NCBI GenBank assembly: GCA_028292765.1
Contig: JAQGLR010000348.1
Location: 1-45,326 of the forward strand
Origin: Massilia sp.
Lineage (GTDB): Bacteria; Pseudomonadota; Gammaproteobacteria; Burkholderiales; Burkholderiaceae_D
Reading direction: 5' to 3'
DNA: 45,326 bases
Part shown: one piece after another, positions 1 to 8,799 of the stretch
Layout of the letters: each line of letters starts with the position of its first letter
Numbering within the stretch: position 1 is the stretch's first letter
The notes under the pieces: model-generated
What the model saw: the letters and a program-made list of their open reading frames with translations, nothing else
The model's database searches: none
Told to the model about the DNA's origin: nothing
Program-made: the position numbers and the translations under genes

Positions 1-897
1 GGTAAACTCGGAATCCATGGCCATGCGAACTGGCGCCAGGCCTTCGACAACCATCCCTATATCGCGCACTTCCTGCGCGTGCACAAGTCGCTGGCGGTGG
101 CGCCGACCCGGGTCGAGCCCCAGTGGCACCTGGACTACGAAAATCCGGGCGACCCGATGTTCCACGAGTTCCTCGAAAGCCTGAAGGACTACCAGGGACG
201 GCACCGCCCGATGCTGACGCATTCGCTCGTGCTGTCGCTGCACGGTCCCAAGTTCGACGTCTTCGTCGACAAGCTGATGCGACGTAAACTGGCCTTCCGG
301 ATGGCGCAGCGCACGCCGGAGATGCCGTTCGACCGCCTGTGGCTGGGCGCAACGCCAGAACGCCCGCGCTACAGCCCCGAGGTGGACGGCGGCCTGTGCA
401 TCGAAGTGATGCCGATGGAGCCGCTGCAGATGCCGCCGGAGACCTTCGCCACGCCACCGGCTCAGCCGCGCGACCCGAAGCCGGGCGACATGGTCCGGGT
501 GACGGCGCGCGCCTTCCTGGTGCGCGACCTGGACCACACGCTGCGCTGCTGCGCGAATAACCTGGACTGGGAGCCTGAAGCTGCCGTCCAGGACCTGCGC
601 CACGAGGGATACCGCCGCGCCGTGATGCCTTTCACCGTGGCCAACAGCGCCGCGCTGCACGTGATCGAGCCGCAGGCCTGGAATACCGACGCCGCCCACT
701 ACCTGAACAACTGGGGACCCGGCCTGTATTACATCCGCATCGCGGTCAACGACCTGAAAGCCAAGGCCGAAGACCTGAAGGCGCGCGGCACCGCCTTCAC
801 CTGGGTGCCCGAATCGGAGGCGGTCGGTGGGCGTGCCCTGATCAGGATCGACCCGCGCGACATGCGCGGCCAGGTATTCGAATTCGAGGAAGCTTGA
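1..897 (+). CDS. VOC/glyoxalase-like domain protein, 5'-partial
   Basis: Frame 1 is open from base 1 to TGA at 895-897, so the gene starts upstream of the window. The C-terminal WGPGLYYIRIAVNDL...GQVFEFEE resembles the VOC-fold GxGLxHIAxxVxD...FEF pattern. Confidence 0.55.
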   Translation, partial: GKLGIHGHANWRQAFDNHPYIAHFLRVHKSLAVAPTRVEPQWHLDYENPGDPMFHEFLESLKDYQGRHRPMLTHSLVLSLHGPKFDVFVDKLMRRKLAFRMAQRTPEMPFDRLWLGATPERPRYSPEVDGGLCIEVMPMEPLQMPPETFATPPAQPRDPKPGDMVRVTARAFLVRDLDHTLRCCANNLDWEPEAAVQDLRHEGYRRAVMPFTVANSAALHVIEPQAWNTDAAHYLNNWGPGLYYIRIAVNDLKAKAEDLKARGTAFTWVPESEAVGGRALIRIDPRDMRGQVFEFEEA

Positions 898-898
898 C

Positions 899-1735
899 AT
901 GGGTAGCCATCTGGCAAACGCAGAGGCGGGATGCGAACTGCAACGGGAACCCATCAACAGTTCGGTCAGCGTCGAGCGCGACGGCGCGCTGGGATGGGTC
1001 GTGCTGACCCGGCCGGCGCAGATCAACGCCATCAACGACGAGATCCGCCAGGGCGTGCCGCAAGCCTTGCGCGCGTTCGATGCCGACCCGGAAATCCGCG
1101 TCATCGCGATCCGGGGCGAAGGCCCGCGCGGTTTCTGCGCCGGCGCCGACATCAAGGAGGCGCGCGGACCCGAGACCGCAATCGAAGTACGGCGCCGCAT
1201 GGAAGGCGCGCGCTGGATCGAGGCGATCGACACGATCCAGAAACCCGTGATCGCCGCCATCCACGGCTATTGCCTGGGCGGAGGCCTCGAACTGGCACTG
1301 GCCTGCGACATCCGCTTCGCCACGCCTGACGCCGTCTTCAGCCTGCCGGAAACGGCGCTGGGCCTGATTCCGGGCGGCGGCGGCACCCAGCGCCTGCCGC
1401 GCATCGTCGGCCCGGGGCGCGCGATGGACCTGCTGCTGACAGGCGAGCGCCTCGATGCTGCCGCCGCCAAGGGCATGGGGCTGACCACGCGCACTGCCAG
1501 CGTGTCCGAAGCCTTGGTCGACGAGGTGCGTGCTTTTGCCTTGCGCATCGCGGCACGGGCGCCGGCGGCCACGCTCTCGGCCAAGCGCGCCGCACGCGGC
1601 GCCTTCGACCTGGCGCTCAAGCAGGGGCTCGACCTCGAGCTCGACCTGTTCGCGATGCTGAAGCCCAGCGACGACGCGCAGGAAGCCGCCAGCGCCTTTC
1701 GCGAAAAGCGCGCGCCAAATTTCACCGGTCACTAA
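899..1735 (+). CDS. enoyl-CoA hydratase/isomerase (crotonase) family protein
   Basis: FCAGAD oxyanion motif, GGGLELALACD and PETALGLIPGGGGTQRL, with both catalytic Glu positions present. Confidence 0.92.
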   Translation: MGSHLANAEAGCELQREPINSSVSVERDGALGWVVLTRPAQINAINDEIRQGVPQALRAFDADPEIRVIAIRGEGPRGFCAGADIKEARGPETAIEVRRRMEGARWIEAIDTIQKPVIAAIHGYCLGGGLELALACDIRFATPDAVFSLPETALGLIPGGGGTQRLPRIVGPGRAMDLLLTGERLDAAAAKGMGLTTRTASVSEALVDEVRAFALRIAARAPAATLSAKRAARGAFDLALKQGLDLELDLFAMLKPSDDAQEAASAFREKRAPNFTGH

Positions 1736-1759
1736 GCCATGGGCACTGGAGACAAAACG

Positions 1760-2590
1760 ATGAGTGAACGAAAGCTCGAAGGGCGGGTAGCGATCGTTAC
1801 CGGCGCCGGCGGGGGACTGGGCGCCGAAGCGGCGCGGGTGTTGTCCATGCATGGCGCATATGTGGCAATTGTCGACATCGACGGCGAGGCCGCGCAGCGC
1901 GTCGCCGCGGCGATCGAGGCAGGCGGCGGCCAGGCGCTCGCGGTGCAGACCGACGTGTCGTCCGAGGCGGCGGTCAAGGCCATGGTCGAGGCGGTGGTGG
2001 CGCGGTTCAAACGCGTCGACGTCCTCCATAACAATGCGGCGATATTGAGCGTCGAGCAACGCCGGCGCGACCGCGACGTGATCAACATGGATGTCGAGGC
2101 CTGGGACCTGGCGATGGCGGTCAACCTGCGCGGCGCCATGCTGTGCACCAAGTACGCGGTGCGCGAGATGCTCAAGAACGGAAAGGGCTCGGTGATCTTC
2201 GCCACCTCGGGCCTGGGCGCGCAGGGCGACCTGTCGCTGTCCGCCTACGCCGCCTCGAAGGCGGCGCTGATCATGCTGAGCCGCTCGGTGGCCGCCCAGT
2301 ACGGCAAGCAGGGTATTCGTTCGAACGCGCTGCAGATCGGCCTCGCGCCAGCGGAAAACGCGCATGAAAGCATGCCGGCGCCGCTGATCGGCATCCTGCG
2401 CGACAACCACTTGACGCCCGACGTCGGCACCCCGCGCCAGATCGCCGACGTGGTGGCCTTCCTGGCCTCGGACGAATCCTCGTTCGTAACCGGGACGACG
2501 CTCGTCGCCGACGGCGGCTTCGGCAGCCATACGCCCTCGCTGGTGGCGATGAAGGCCTTTTTTGCGCAAACCGGCGCCCATGGAATGTAA
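1760..2590 (+). CDS. SDR family NAD(P)-dependent oxidoreductase
   Basis: TGAGGGLG, NNAA and YAASK motifs. GGAGA RBS precedes ATG 1760. Confidence 0.92.
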   Translation: MSERKLEGRVAIVTGAGGGLGAEAARVLSMHGAYVAIVDIDGEAAQRVAAAIEAGGGQALAVQTDVSSEAAVKAMVEAVVARFKRVDVLHNNAAILSVEQRRRDRDVINMDVEAWDLAMAVNLRGAMLCTKYAVREMLKNGKGSVIFATSGLGAQGDLSLSAYAASKAALIMLSRSVAAQYGKQGIRSNALQIGLAPAENAHESMPAPLIGILRDNHLTPDVGTPRQIADVVAFLASDESSFVTGTTLVADGGFGSHTPSLVAMKAFFAQTGAHGM

Positions 2591-2599
2591 GGAGCATCA

Positions 2600-3526
2600 A
2601 TGAAAGCAGCCATCATCACGGAAAAGGGCGCCGCCCCGGCGATCCAGGATTTTCCCGCGCCGACGGCGCAGCCGGGCGCCTTATTGGTCGACGTCGACAC
2701 CGCCGGCCTCGGTGGATGGGACGTGCTGGGCGCCTACCGTCTTGGCGTCCAGTTTCCGTGCGTGATACGCGGTGAAGGGGTAGGGCGGCTCGAGGACGGC
2801 CGCCGCGTCTACTTCGGCGAGCGCTCGCTGCAGCCCTACGGCGCATGGGCCGAGCGCACCGTGGTGCCGGTCGAAGAGCTTTGGGATGTGCCCGACGATG
2901 TCGACGACCGCACCGCGATCGCGATGGGCATCGCCGCCACCGGCGCGCTGGTGCCGCTGGAAGCGGCCAAGATCCAGCCCGGCGAGCAGGTGCTGGTGCT
3001 GGGCGCGACCGGGACTTTGGGACAGATCGCGCTGCAGCTGGCGCGCCACCTCGGCGCCGGTCGCGTGGTAGCCGCCGCACGCTCCGCCCCCGCCCTCGAG
3101 CGGCTAAGGGAGCGCCGCATCGCCGACGATATCGTGGTCCTCGGTGGCAGCGACGATGTGGCGGCCCTGAAAGCGGCTGGAGGCGCCGGCTTCGACGTGG
3201 TGCTCGACCTCGTCTGCGGGCAGCCGATGCTCAATGCCCTGAAGGCCACGCGCTGGGGCGCGCGCATCATGACCATCGGCACCGGCGCCGGACGCCAGCT
3301 CAACCTCGATATTGCCGACCTGCTGTTTCGCACCCTGTCGTGCATCGGCACCGGCCAGCGTCCGCCAGCCGACCGCCGCGCGATCTGGGAGCGCCTGCTG
3401 CGCGTCGCGCGCGAGCAGGACATCCAGATCGATTATGTCGATTACGCTTTCGAGGACGCGGCCGCAGCATGGGCGGCGCAGATCGACGGGCCGCACGCCA
3501 AGATCACCGCGCGGGTGCGCGGCTGA
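2600..3526 (+). CDS. MDR-family quinone oxidoreductase-like protein (Zn-independent type)
   Basis: MKAAII start, GEGVG and VLVLGATGTLG Rossmann motif. No Cys cluster for structural Zn. AAGGAG RBS. Confidence 0.82.
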   Translation: MKAAIITEKGAAPAIQDFPAPTAQPGALLVDVDTAGLGGWDVLGAYRLGVQFPCVIRGEGVGRLEDGRRVYFGERSLQPYGAWAERTVVPVEELWDVPDDVDDRTAIAMGIAATGALVPLEAAKIQPGEQVLVLGATGTLGQIALQLARHLGAGRVVAAARSAPALERLRERRIADDIVVLGGSDDVAALKAAGGAGFDVVLDLVCGQPMLNALKATRWGARIMTIGTGAGRQLNLDIADLLFRTLSCIGTGQRPPADRRAIWERLLRVAREQDIQIDYVDYAFEDAAAAWAAQIDGPHAKITARVRG

Positions 3527-3549
3527 ACCTCGATATGTATAGCTGAGGC

Positions 3550-4770
3550 ATGGCTGAGAATGGACCCGTGCCGGCTGCGCGCACGGACCTGCGCAGCATC
3601 ACACTGATCCTGGCCGGCCTGGCGATGCTCGGGCCGTTCTCGATCAACGCCTACCTGCCATCGTTCCACGAGATGTCGACTGTGCTCCATACCGACCAGG
3701 TGGCGCTGCAGCAGACCATCTCCGTCTATTTCGCCGCGTTCGCCTTCATGTCGCTATGGCATGGGGCGATTTCCGATTCGCTGGGGCGGCGCAAAGTGGT
3801 GCTGGCAGGGCTGGCGCTGTATGCGCTGGCCTCGCTCGGCTGCGCCCTCGCCACCCGCGTGGAGCAGTTGTGGGTGCTGCGCGCACTGCAGGGTTGCTCG
3901 GCCGGCGCCGGCATCGTGATCGGGCGCGCGGTGGTGCGCGACCTGCACGACGGTCCGCTGGCGCGGCGCATGATGTCGCAGGTCGTGATGCTGTATGGCC
4001 TGGCCCCTGCCGTGGCGCCACTCATCGGCGGTGCGCTGCAGGTGGCTTTCGGCTGGCGCTCCGTATTCCTGTTCCTGGGATTGCTGGCGGCTGCCTTGTT
4101 TGCGGCGGTGGCGCTGCGCTTGCCCGAGACGCTGCCGCCCAGCGCGCGCCAGCCGTTCAATGCCCGGGCACTGGCGGCGGGTTACGGCGAACTGCTGCGC
4201 CATCGCGCCTTCATGGTGTGGGCCTGTGCATACGCCCTGATGTTCGGCGCGTTCTTCGTCTACGTGCTGTCGGCACCCGTATTCCTGATGCGGCACCTCG
4301 GCCTGGGCGAATCCGATTTCATCTGGTTATTCGGCCCTGCCACGGTCGGACTCATCGGCGGCTCCGCGCTGGCCAGCCGCTCTGCGGTGCGCTGGTCCGG
4401 CAACAAGACGCTGGCGCGTGGGTTTGCCGTGATGGCGGCCGCCAACCTTTACAACCTGGCGGTGTGCCTGGCGGCGCCCGAAGGGGCGGCGTGGTACGTG
4501 GCATATGTGTTCGTCTTCAACCTCGGCATGTCGCTGGCGGTTCCCACGCTGACGATGCGCGCCCTCGATTGCGTCCCGGCGCGGCGCGGCATGGGCTCGT
4601 CCGTGCAAATCTTCGTACAAACGGGTTTTAACGCCCTTATCGCTGCGGTGCTGGCGCCGCTGGCCTGGGGTTCGCTGCTGTCGCTGGCGATTGCCGGGGC
4701 GGGGCTGTCGCTGTGTGCGGGGCTGGCGACCATGCTGGCGGGCCGCCTGACATACCCTGCGGGGGTATGA
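3550..4770 (+). CDS. Bcr/CflA family multidrug efflux MFS transporter
   Basis: GPFSINAYLPS, motif A GAISDSLGRRKV, LRALQG, PAVAPLIGG and LPETLP, with about 12 hydrophobic segments. Confidence 0.9.
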   Translation: MAENGPVPAARTDLRSITLILAGLAMLGPFSINAYLPSFHEMSTVLHTDQVALQQTISVYFAAFAFMSLWHGAISDSLGRRKVVLAGLALYALASLGCALATRVEQLWVLRALQGCSAGAGIVIGRAVVRDLHDGPLARRMMSQVVMLYGLAPAVAPLIGGALQVAFGWRSVFLFLGLLAAALFAAVALRLPETLPPSARQPFNARALAAGYGELLRHRAFMVWACAYALMFGAFFVYVLSAPVFLMRHLGLGESDFIWLFGPATVGLIGGSALASRSAVRWSGNKTLARGFAVMAAANLYNLAVCLAAPEGAAWYVAYVFVFNLGMSLAVPTLTMRALDCVPARRGMGSSVQIFVQTGFNALIAAVLAPLAWGSLLSLAIAGAGLSLCAGLATMLAGRLTYPAGV

Positions 4771-4806
4771 AAAAACCGCCCGGCGCCGCTTGCGGGCGCG
4801 GGGCGG
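4770..4806 (-). terminator. intrinsic terminator for the minus-strand oxygenase genes
   Basis: CCGCCCGGCGCC (4776-4787) pairs 11/12 with GGCGCGGGGCGG (4795-4806). A6 at 4770-4775 gives a U-tract on the minus strand. Lies between convergent genes. Confidence 0.6.
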
Positions 4807-4827
4807 CTTGCGCCGGGCAGAGGCGAG

Positions 4828-5427
4828 TTACAGGAAGATGCCCAGGTTCGGCGTGCCCAGCACGGCCTGGTCGATGATGACTTCGCGGCGCGCCAACAGG
4901 TAGCCTTCCTCCGTCTTGCGCAGAACGTCATGACGCTCGCACGGGACCAGGTCGAAGCGGTCGTTGTCGAAGCGGTTGCGGGTCAGCAGCAGGTAGCTCT
5001 GGACCTTGAACTCGTTCTCCTTGTCGGTACGGTAGACCCGGATGTTCGACACCATGTGCTTGGTGCGCGACGGCGGATCCTCGCCCCATGCGCTGCGGGT
5101 ATCCATCACGCGCATCACGCGCAGCATGATCGAGCGGTAGTCGTCGTACATGTGCTGGACCGTGCGTATTACCGACTTGTCCTGGTCGCGGGTGGCGCGG
5201 GTATGGCGCAGCGGCACCGTGTATTCGATGTCCTTGGCGACCATTGCGATCCAGTCGCGCAGGCGCAGCGTGTCGAACAGTTCGGCTTCGTCGTACAGGA
5301 ATTCGACGACGTCGTTGTACAGCTGGCTGCCAATCGCAACCCGGTTGGCGCGTAGCGATGGCGGCAGCGGTGTCGGTTCGAGCGGATTTTTTTCCAGCAG
5401 ATTCGTTTCCAGCGTATTCGTTTCCAT
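4828..5427 (-). CDS. aromatic ring-hydroxylating dioxygenase beta subunit
   Basis: FLYDEAELFD, WGEDPPSRTKHMVSNI, RHDVLR and C-terminal NLGIFL, typical of Ring_hydroxyl_B. Confidence 0.92.
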   Translation of the reverse strand: METNTLETNLLEKNPLEPTPLPPSLRANRVAIGSQLYNDVVEFLYDEAELFDTLRLRDWIAMVAKDIEYTVPLRHTRATRDQDKSVIRTVQHMYDDYRSIMLRVMRVMDTRSAWGEDPPSRTKHMVSNIRVYRTDKENEFKVQSYLLLTRNRFDNDRFDLVPCERHDVLRKTEEGYLLARREVIIDQAVLGTPNLGIFL

Positions 5428-5468
5428 CTAGGTCTCCTGGTGGTCTTGTAGGGGTTCGAGCGACGGGT

Positions 5469-6869
5469 TCATTTGTCCGAAGTCATCAGCTCGTGCCAGG
5501 CTTTCCACCATGCCCACTGGGTGTCGTCCTTGGTGAAACCATCGCCCACGTGGCCCGGGCCTGGCCAGCCTTCCGGCGCACCCTGCTCGAACTTCGCCTG
5601 GTACTTCAGCGTGATCGTTTTCGCCATGGCGCCTTTCGCGACCTCGGTCTGGTGCGGCCAGGTGTCGGAGTCTTCCATCTCGACCATGCCTGAGGTGCCC
5701 AGCATCTGGATCGACTGGCGCAGCATGCGCGCCTTCAGCTCGGGCGGCGTGTCCTTCTCGGCAAAGATCCAGTTCATGAACTCGAGCTGGCCAGGGCCCT
5801 TCGGGATGTAGGCGTGCAGGGCGCAAGCGCCGACGACGGTGCCGTCGGGCTGCGGCAGGTAGATGAACTCGAACAGGCCGTTGGGGAAGAAGCCGCCGAC
5901 CTGGGGTGGGCGCCAGGACATCAGCTTGAGCTGGCCGTCGTCGAAACGCTCCAGCAATTCCGGGACCATCGCGGGCGTAATGCCGGGCGGCGGCAAGGCG
6001 GTCAGCTTTTCAACGACCGTCAGTTCGGCCGGGTTCTTGCCGGTCAGGCGGACGATCTTGCGGTCGAGGTCGATGCAGCGCAGCGCATGGCCCTGGTCCG
6101 TCCATACTTCGCAGCCATACATTTCCGGCGACAGGTCGGCGCCTTTGCCTTCGGCGTCCGGTTTTTTCGCGTAGGGGCCGACTTCCGCCAGCCAGCGGTG
6201 CAGGGTCAGCGTATGGAAGCCGTCAGCGGCCGACTGCTCGCAGGCGGTCTTCCAGTTGGCGTTGATGCGGAAACGCTGCGGCGGGCCGAGCACTTCGAGT
6301 CCGCCCTCGGTACGCAGGAACAGGGTATCGAAGTAGTACTTGGCATCGCCCAGGAACTCGTCGAGGCTGGGACCGTCGATGCTCCAGGTGGCGAAGATCA
6401 GGCCGCCGTACAGGGCGACCCGCGCTTTCTTGAGGCCCAGCTGGTCTTTCGGGGTCATGTGACCATGCATGCATTCCTTCTCGACCGGTGCGCCGATGAA
6501 GTCGCCGTTCGGCTTGAAGGCCCAGCCATGGTAGATGCACATGTGGACGTTGGTGTTGCCGGCGTCGTGGGTCTGCACTTTCATGGCCCGGTGCGGGCAC
6601 ACGTTCAGCGAGACGTGGATCTCGCCCTCGCGGTCGCGGGCGACGATGACCGCGTCCGAACCCATGTCGCGGGTGACGAAGTCGCCCTTGTTCGGGATTT
6701 CCGTCTCATGGCCCAGGAAGATCCAGGTCTTTCCGAAAATCCGCTCCATCTCGAGTTCGTACAGCTCGGGGTCGGACAGGGTCCGTACCTTGACTTCGCG
6801 GGTCTCGTGGTTGATCAGGTCCGAAATCCTCGTACCGTCCCGTAATGTCGTATCGGCGTTCTTGTGCAT
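5469..6869 (-). CDS. aromatic ring-hydroxylating dioxygenase alpha subunit (Rieske)
   Basis: Rieske CPH...CIYHGW, mononuclear Fe site NWK...DGFHTLTLH and a later EMED. AGGAGA RBS before ATG 6869. Confidence 0.93.
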   Translation of the reverse strand: MHKNADTTLRDGTRISDLINHETREVKVRTLSDPELYELEMERIFGKTWIFLGHETEIPNKGDFVTRDMGSDAVIVARDREGEIHVSLNVCPHRAMKVQTHDAGNTNVHMCIYHGWAFKPNGDFIGAPVEKECMHGHMTPKDQLGLKKARVALYGGLIFATWSIDGPSLDEFLGDAKYYFDTLFLRTEGGLEVLGPPQRFRINANWKTACEQSAADGFHTLTLHRWLAEVGPYAKKPDAEGKGADLSPEMYGCEVWTDQGHALRCIDLDRKIVRLTGKNPAELTVVEKLTALPPPGITPAMVPELLERFDDGQLKLMSWRPPQVGGFFPNGLFEFIYLPQPDGTVVGACALHAYIPKGPGQLEFMNWIFAEKDTPPELKARMLRQSIQMLGTSGMVEMEDSDTWPHQTEVAKGAMAKTITLKYQAKFEQGAPEGWPGPGHVGDGFTKDDTQWAWWKAWHELMTSDK

Positions 6870-6961
6870 CGTTGTCTCCTTTGTTTTGCCTTCTTCCTGA
6901 ATTGTACACATATCAGAAAGTTGTTCAACAAATGAGGGCGGGATGCGCGAATATATTTTCG

Positions 6962-7438
6962 TCAGTCGACCGGCGCCTCAGGCGCGGCTGGTGGCCTGGC
7001 CCTGCCGCGTTTCAGCACTACCGGGATGCCACCCATGCGCTTCTTGACCATCCACTGCGCCAGCGCCGCGTCCATGTAATCGGCGTGACCCGGGAACCAG
7101 CGCACCAGTTCCTGGGCCAGCGCGCGGCAAGTGTGGGCGTGGCCGCCGCCGGAGAGGAGGTCGCGTACTTCATAGACGGATTTCAGCACCGCGTCATGCT
7201 CGTCGATGTGGCACTGCGTGGCAGGGAAGGCGGTGGACTCCATCCAGCCGCGTTCCTCGGCGAAATGGCACTCCGCGTGGACGGCGAACGCATCGAGGTT
7301 GCGCGGCAGGTCGACATCAGGCGAAGATAGAAGTGCGGCAACCAGGTCGACGAACTCGCGGTGGGTTGCGTCCATCGGCCCGTAACCGAGCAGGAATTGA
7401 TCGGTCCAGGGGAAGGCTTGCGGGGAGGGTGGCTGCAT
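6962..7438 (-). CDS. single-domain bacteriohemerythrin
   Basis: W-x4-LG..MDATH, HFAEE, HIDEH and W..H...MD di-iron ligand pattern. Confidence 0.85.
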   Translation of the reverse strand: MQPPSPQAFPWTDQFLLGYGPMDATHREFVDLVAALLSSPDVDLPRNLDAFAVHAECHFAEERGWMESTAFPATQCHIDEHDAVLKSVYEVRDLLSGGGHAHTCRALAQELVRWFPGHADYMDAALAQWMVKKRMGGIPVVLKRGRARPPAAPEAPVD

Positions 7439-7550
7439 GGATCTCGGGCGGGTTCGTCGCGCTGATCAATCGGGAATCGAAACAGAATACACTTTTTTGA
7501 AATCTGTCGAGAAAAATATTGGTTGGGCGCCGGGCCGCCCGTTTACCCGC

Positions 7551-8018
7551 TCAGGTCGTGTAGACCAGGTCGTAACGATGCTTGGCGTAGCTCACCGGTT
7601 CCTGCACCTCGACTGCCTGGACACCCTGAATCGTCTTGATCCGTTTGTCGATCATCTCCGCCGCTTCGGTCCGGCTCTTGTTGACGAGTACGGCAATGAT
7701 CTCGAACTGGCCGAAGGTGAGAGCGACAAAGGTGCAAGCGTCCAGCTGCGCAATCTCCTCGGCAATCTTGCGGGCCCGCGTCGGCAAGGCCGAGATCCGC
7801 AGGATCACTCCCGCCGCCAGCCCGCTGGCTTCGAAATCGGTGACCATGCCGAGGCGCATCGACTTGCTGTCGATGAGCTTTTTCAGGCGCTGGCGCACCG
7901 TTCCTTCGGAAACCTGCAAGGCCCGGCCGACCTCGCGATTGCTCATGCGGCCGTTTTGCCGCAACAGGTCGATGATGGCGGCGTCAAGTTCGTCGAGTTT
8001 CACGTTGTCGGCTTTCAC
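7551..8018 (-). CDS. Lrp/AsnC family transcriptional regulator
   Basis: LDELDAAIIDLLRQNGRMSNREVGRALQVSEGTVRQRLKKL HTH. GTG start overlaps the upstream TGA. Confidence 0.88.
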   Translation of the reverse strand: MKADNVKLDELDAAIIDLLRQNGRMSNREVGRALQVSEGTVRQRLKKLIDSKSMRLGMVTDFEASGLAAGVILRISALPTRARKIAEEIAQLDACTFVALTFGQFEIIAVLVNKSRTEAAEMIDKRIKTIQGVQAVEVQEPVSYAKHRYDLVYTT

Positions 8019-8485
8019 AAAGTGACGAAGTCACTGCGGTATTTGAGGATCTCGCTGAACACGGACACGTCGAGCGACTGCACCCCCTTGATGGAGGCGA
8101 TGCTTTCTTTCAGGACCTGAAGGCCGGCCAGGTCGGGCGCCATCACCAGCAGGGCGAAGGTGGGATCCCCCATCAGGATGCTGACCAGGGCAATACCGTC
8201 GAGTTTTGCCAGCTCCTTGCCCACAGCCTCGACCGAGCGCCCGGCGATGTAGACATCGACATTGGCCAGGGTGTTGTAGCCGGCTGCGCGGAAGTCGCAC
8301 TGCGCCATCACTTTCATGACGCGGTCGTTCTCGAGCGAGCGGATGCGGGAGGCAATCGTCACCTCGCTCACCCCCAGTTTGTCGGCAAGCGCCTTGTTTG
8401 TTTCCTGGGGGCTGACGCGTAGTGCGGCCAGGATTGCGCGGTCCAGTTCATCGAGCGGCCGCTCGTTCTTCATCGGGTGGATCAT
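8015..8485 (-). CDS. Lrp/AsnC family transcriptional regulator
   Basis: LDELDRAILAAL...NKALADKLGVSEVTIASRIRSL HTH. Start is probably ATG 8485 or 8473, not the ORF-track 8659. Confidence 0.85.
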   Translation of the reverse strand: MIHPMKNERPLDELDRAILAALRVSPQETNKALADKLGVSEVTIASRIRSLENDRVMKVMAQCDFRAAGYNTLANVDVYIAGRSVEAVGKELAKLDGIALVSILMGDPTFALLVMAPDLAGLQVLKESIASIKGVQSLDVSVFSEILKYRSDFVTL

Positions 8486-8799
8486 CGACTTCGCTTTTTT
8501 TTCGTCTGTGGGTTCACTGCCCACCTTAGCACATGCCGCGAGCCCGCGGCAAGGCAGGGCATCACTCAAGCTATGCTCATAATACGTAGAGCGTAGTGCA
8601 GAGATGTACGCATTATGATGCAGCTGAGCGAAATATTTCAGATCGCGTAAACAAGACACAAAATAAATACGCTAGAATAAATTAGCGCACGGTCCTGGCA
8701 GTGCAACGCACTCGGGATGCCCACGCGTATTCAAGCGCTGTCGAAGTACAAAAGCGGTGGCCATGACGCCATCAATAAAAAAACTTTGGAGGAGACACA
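8486..8799. promoter_or_regulatory. AT-richer divergent promoter region between the Lrp genes and the DUF1302 operon
   Basis: Non-coding, locally AT-rich (AAATATTT, AAAATAAATAC, AATAAATT), between divergent genes. Exact promoter boxes not resolved. Confidence 0.45.

Noticed and set aside
6903-6919. TGTACACATATCAGAAA as another copy of the IclR-like palindrome
   Set aside because: It shares the core of site 1, but the left arm is broken and it lies in the other cluster. Too weak without a PWM scan.
7551-8485. Tandem Lrp-like genes as siroheme decarboxylase (AhbAB/NirDLGH)
   Set aside because: No HxYxR motif seen and no heme d1 or ahb genes nearby. Ordinary regulators fit better.
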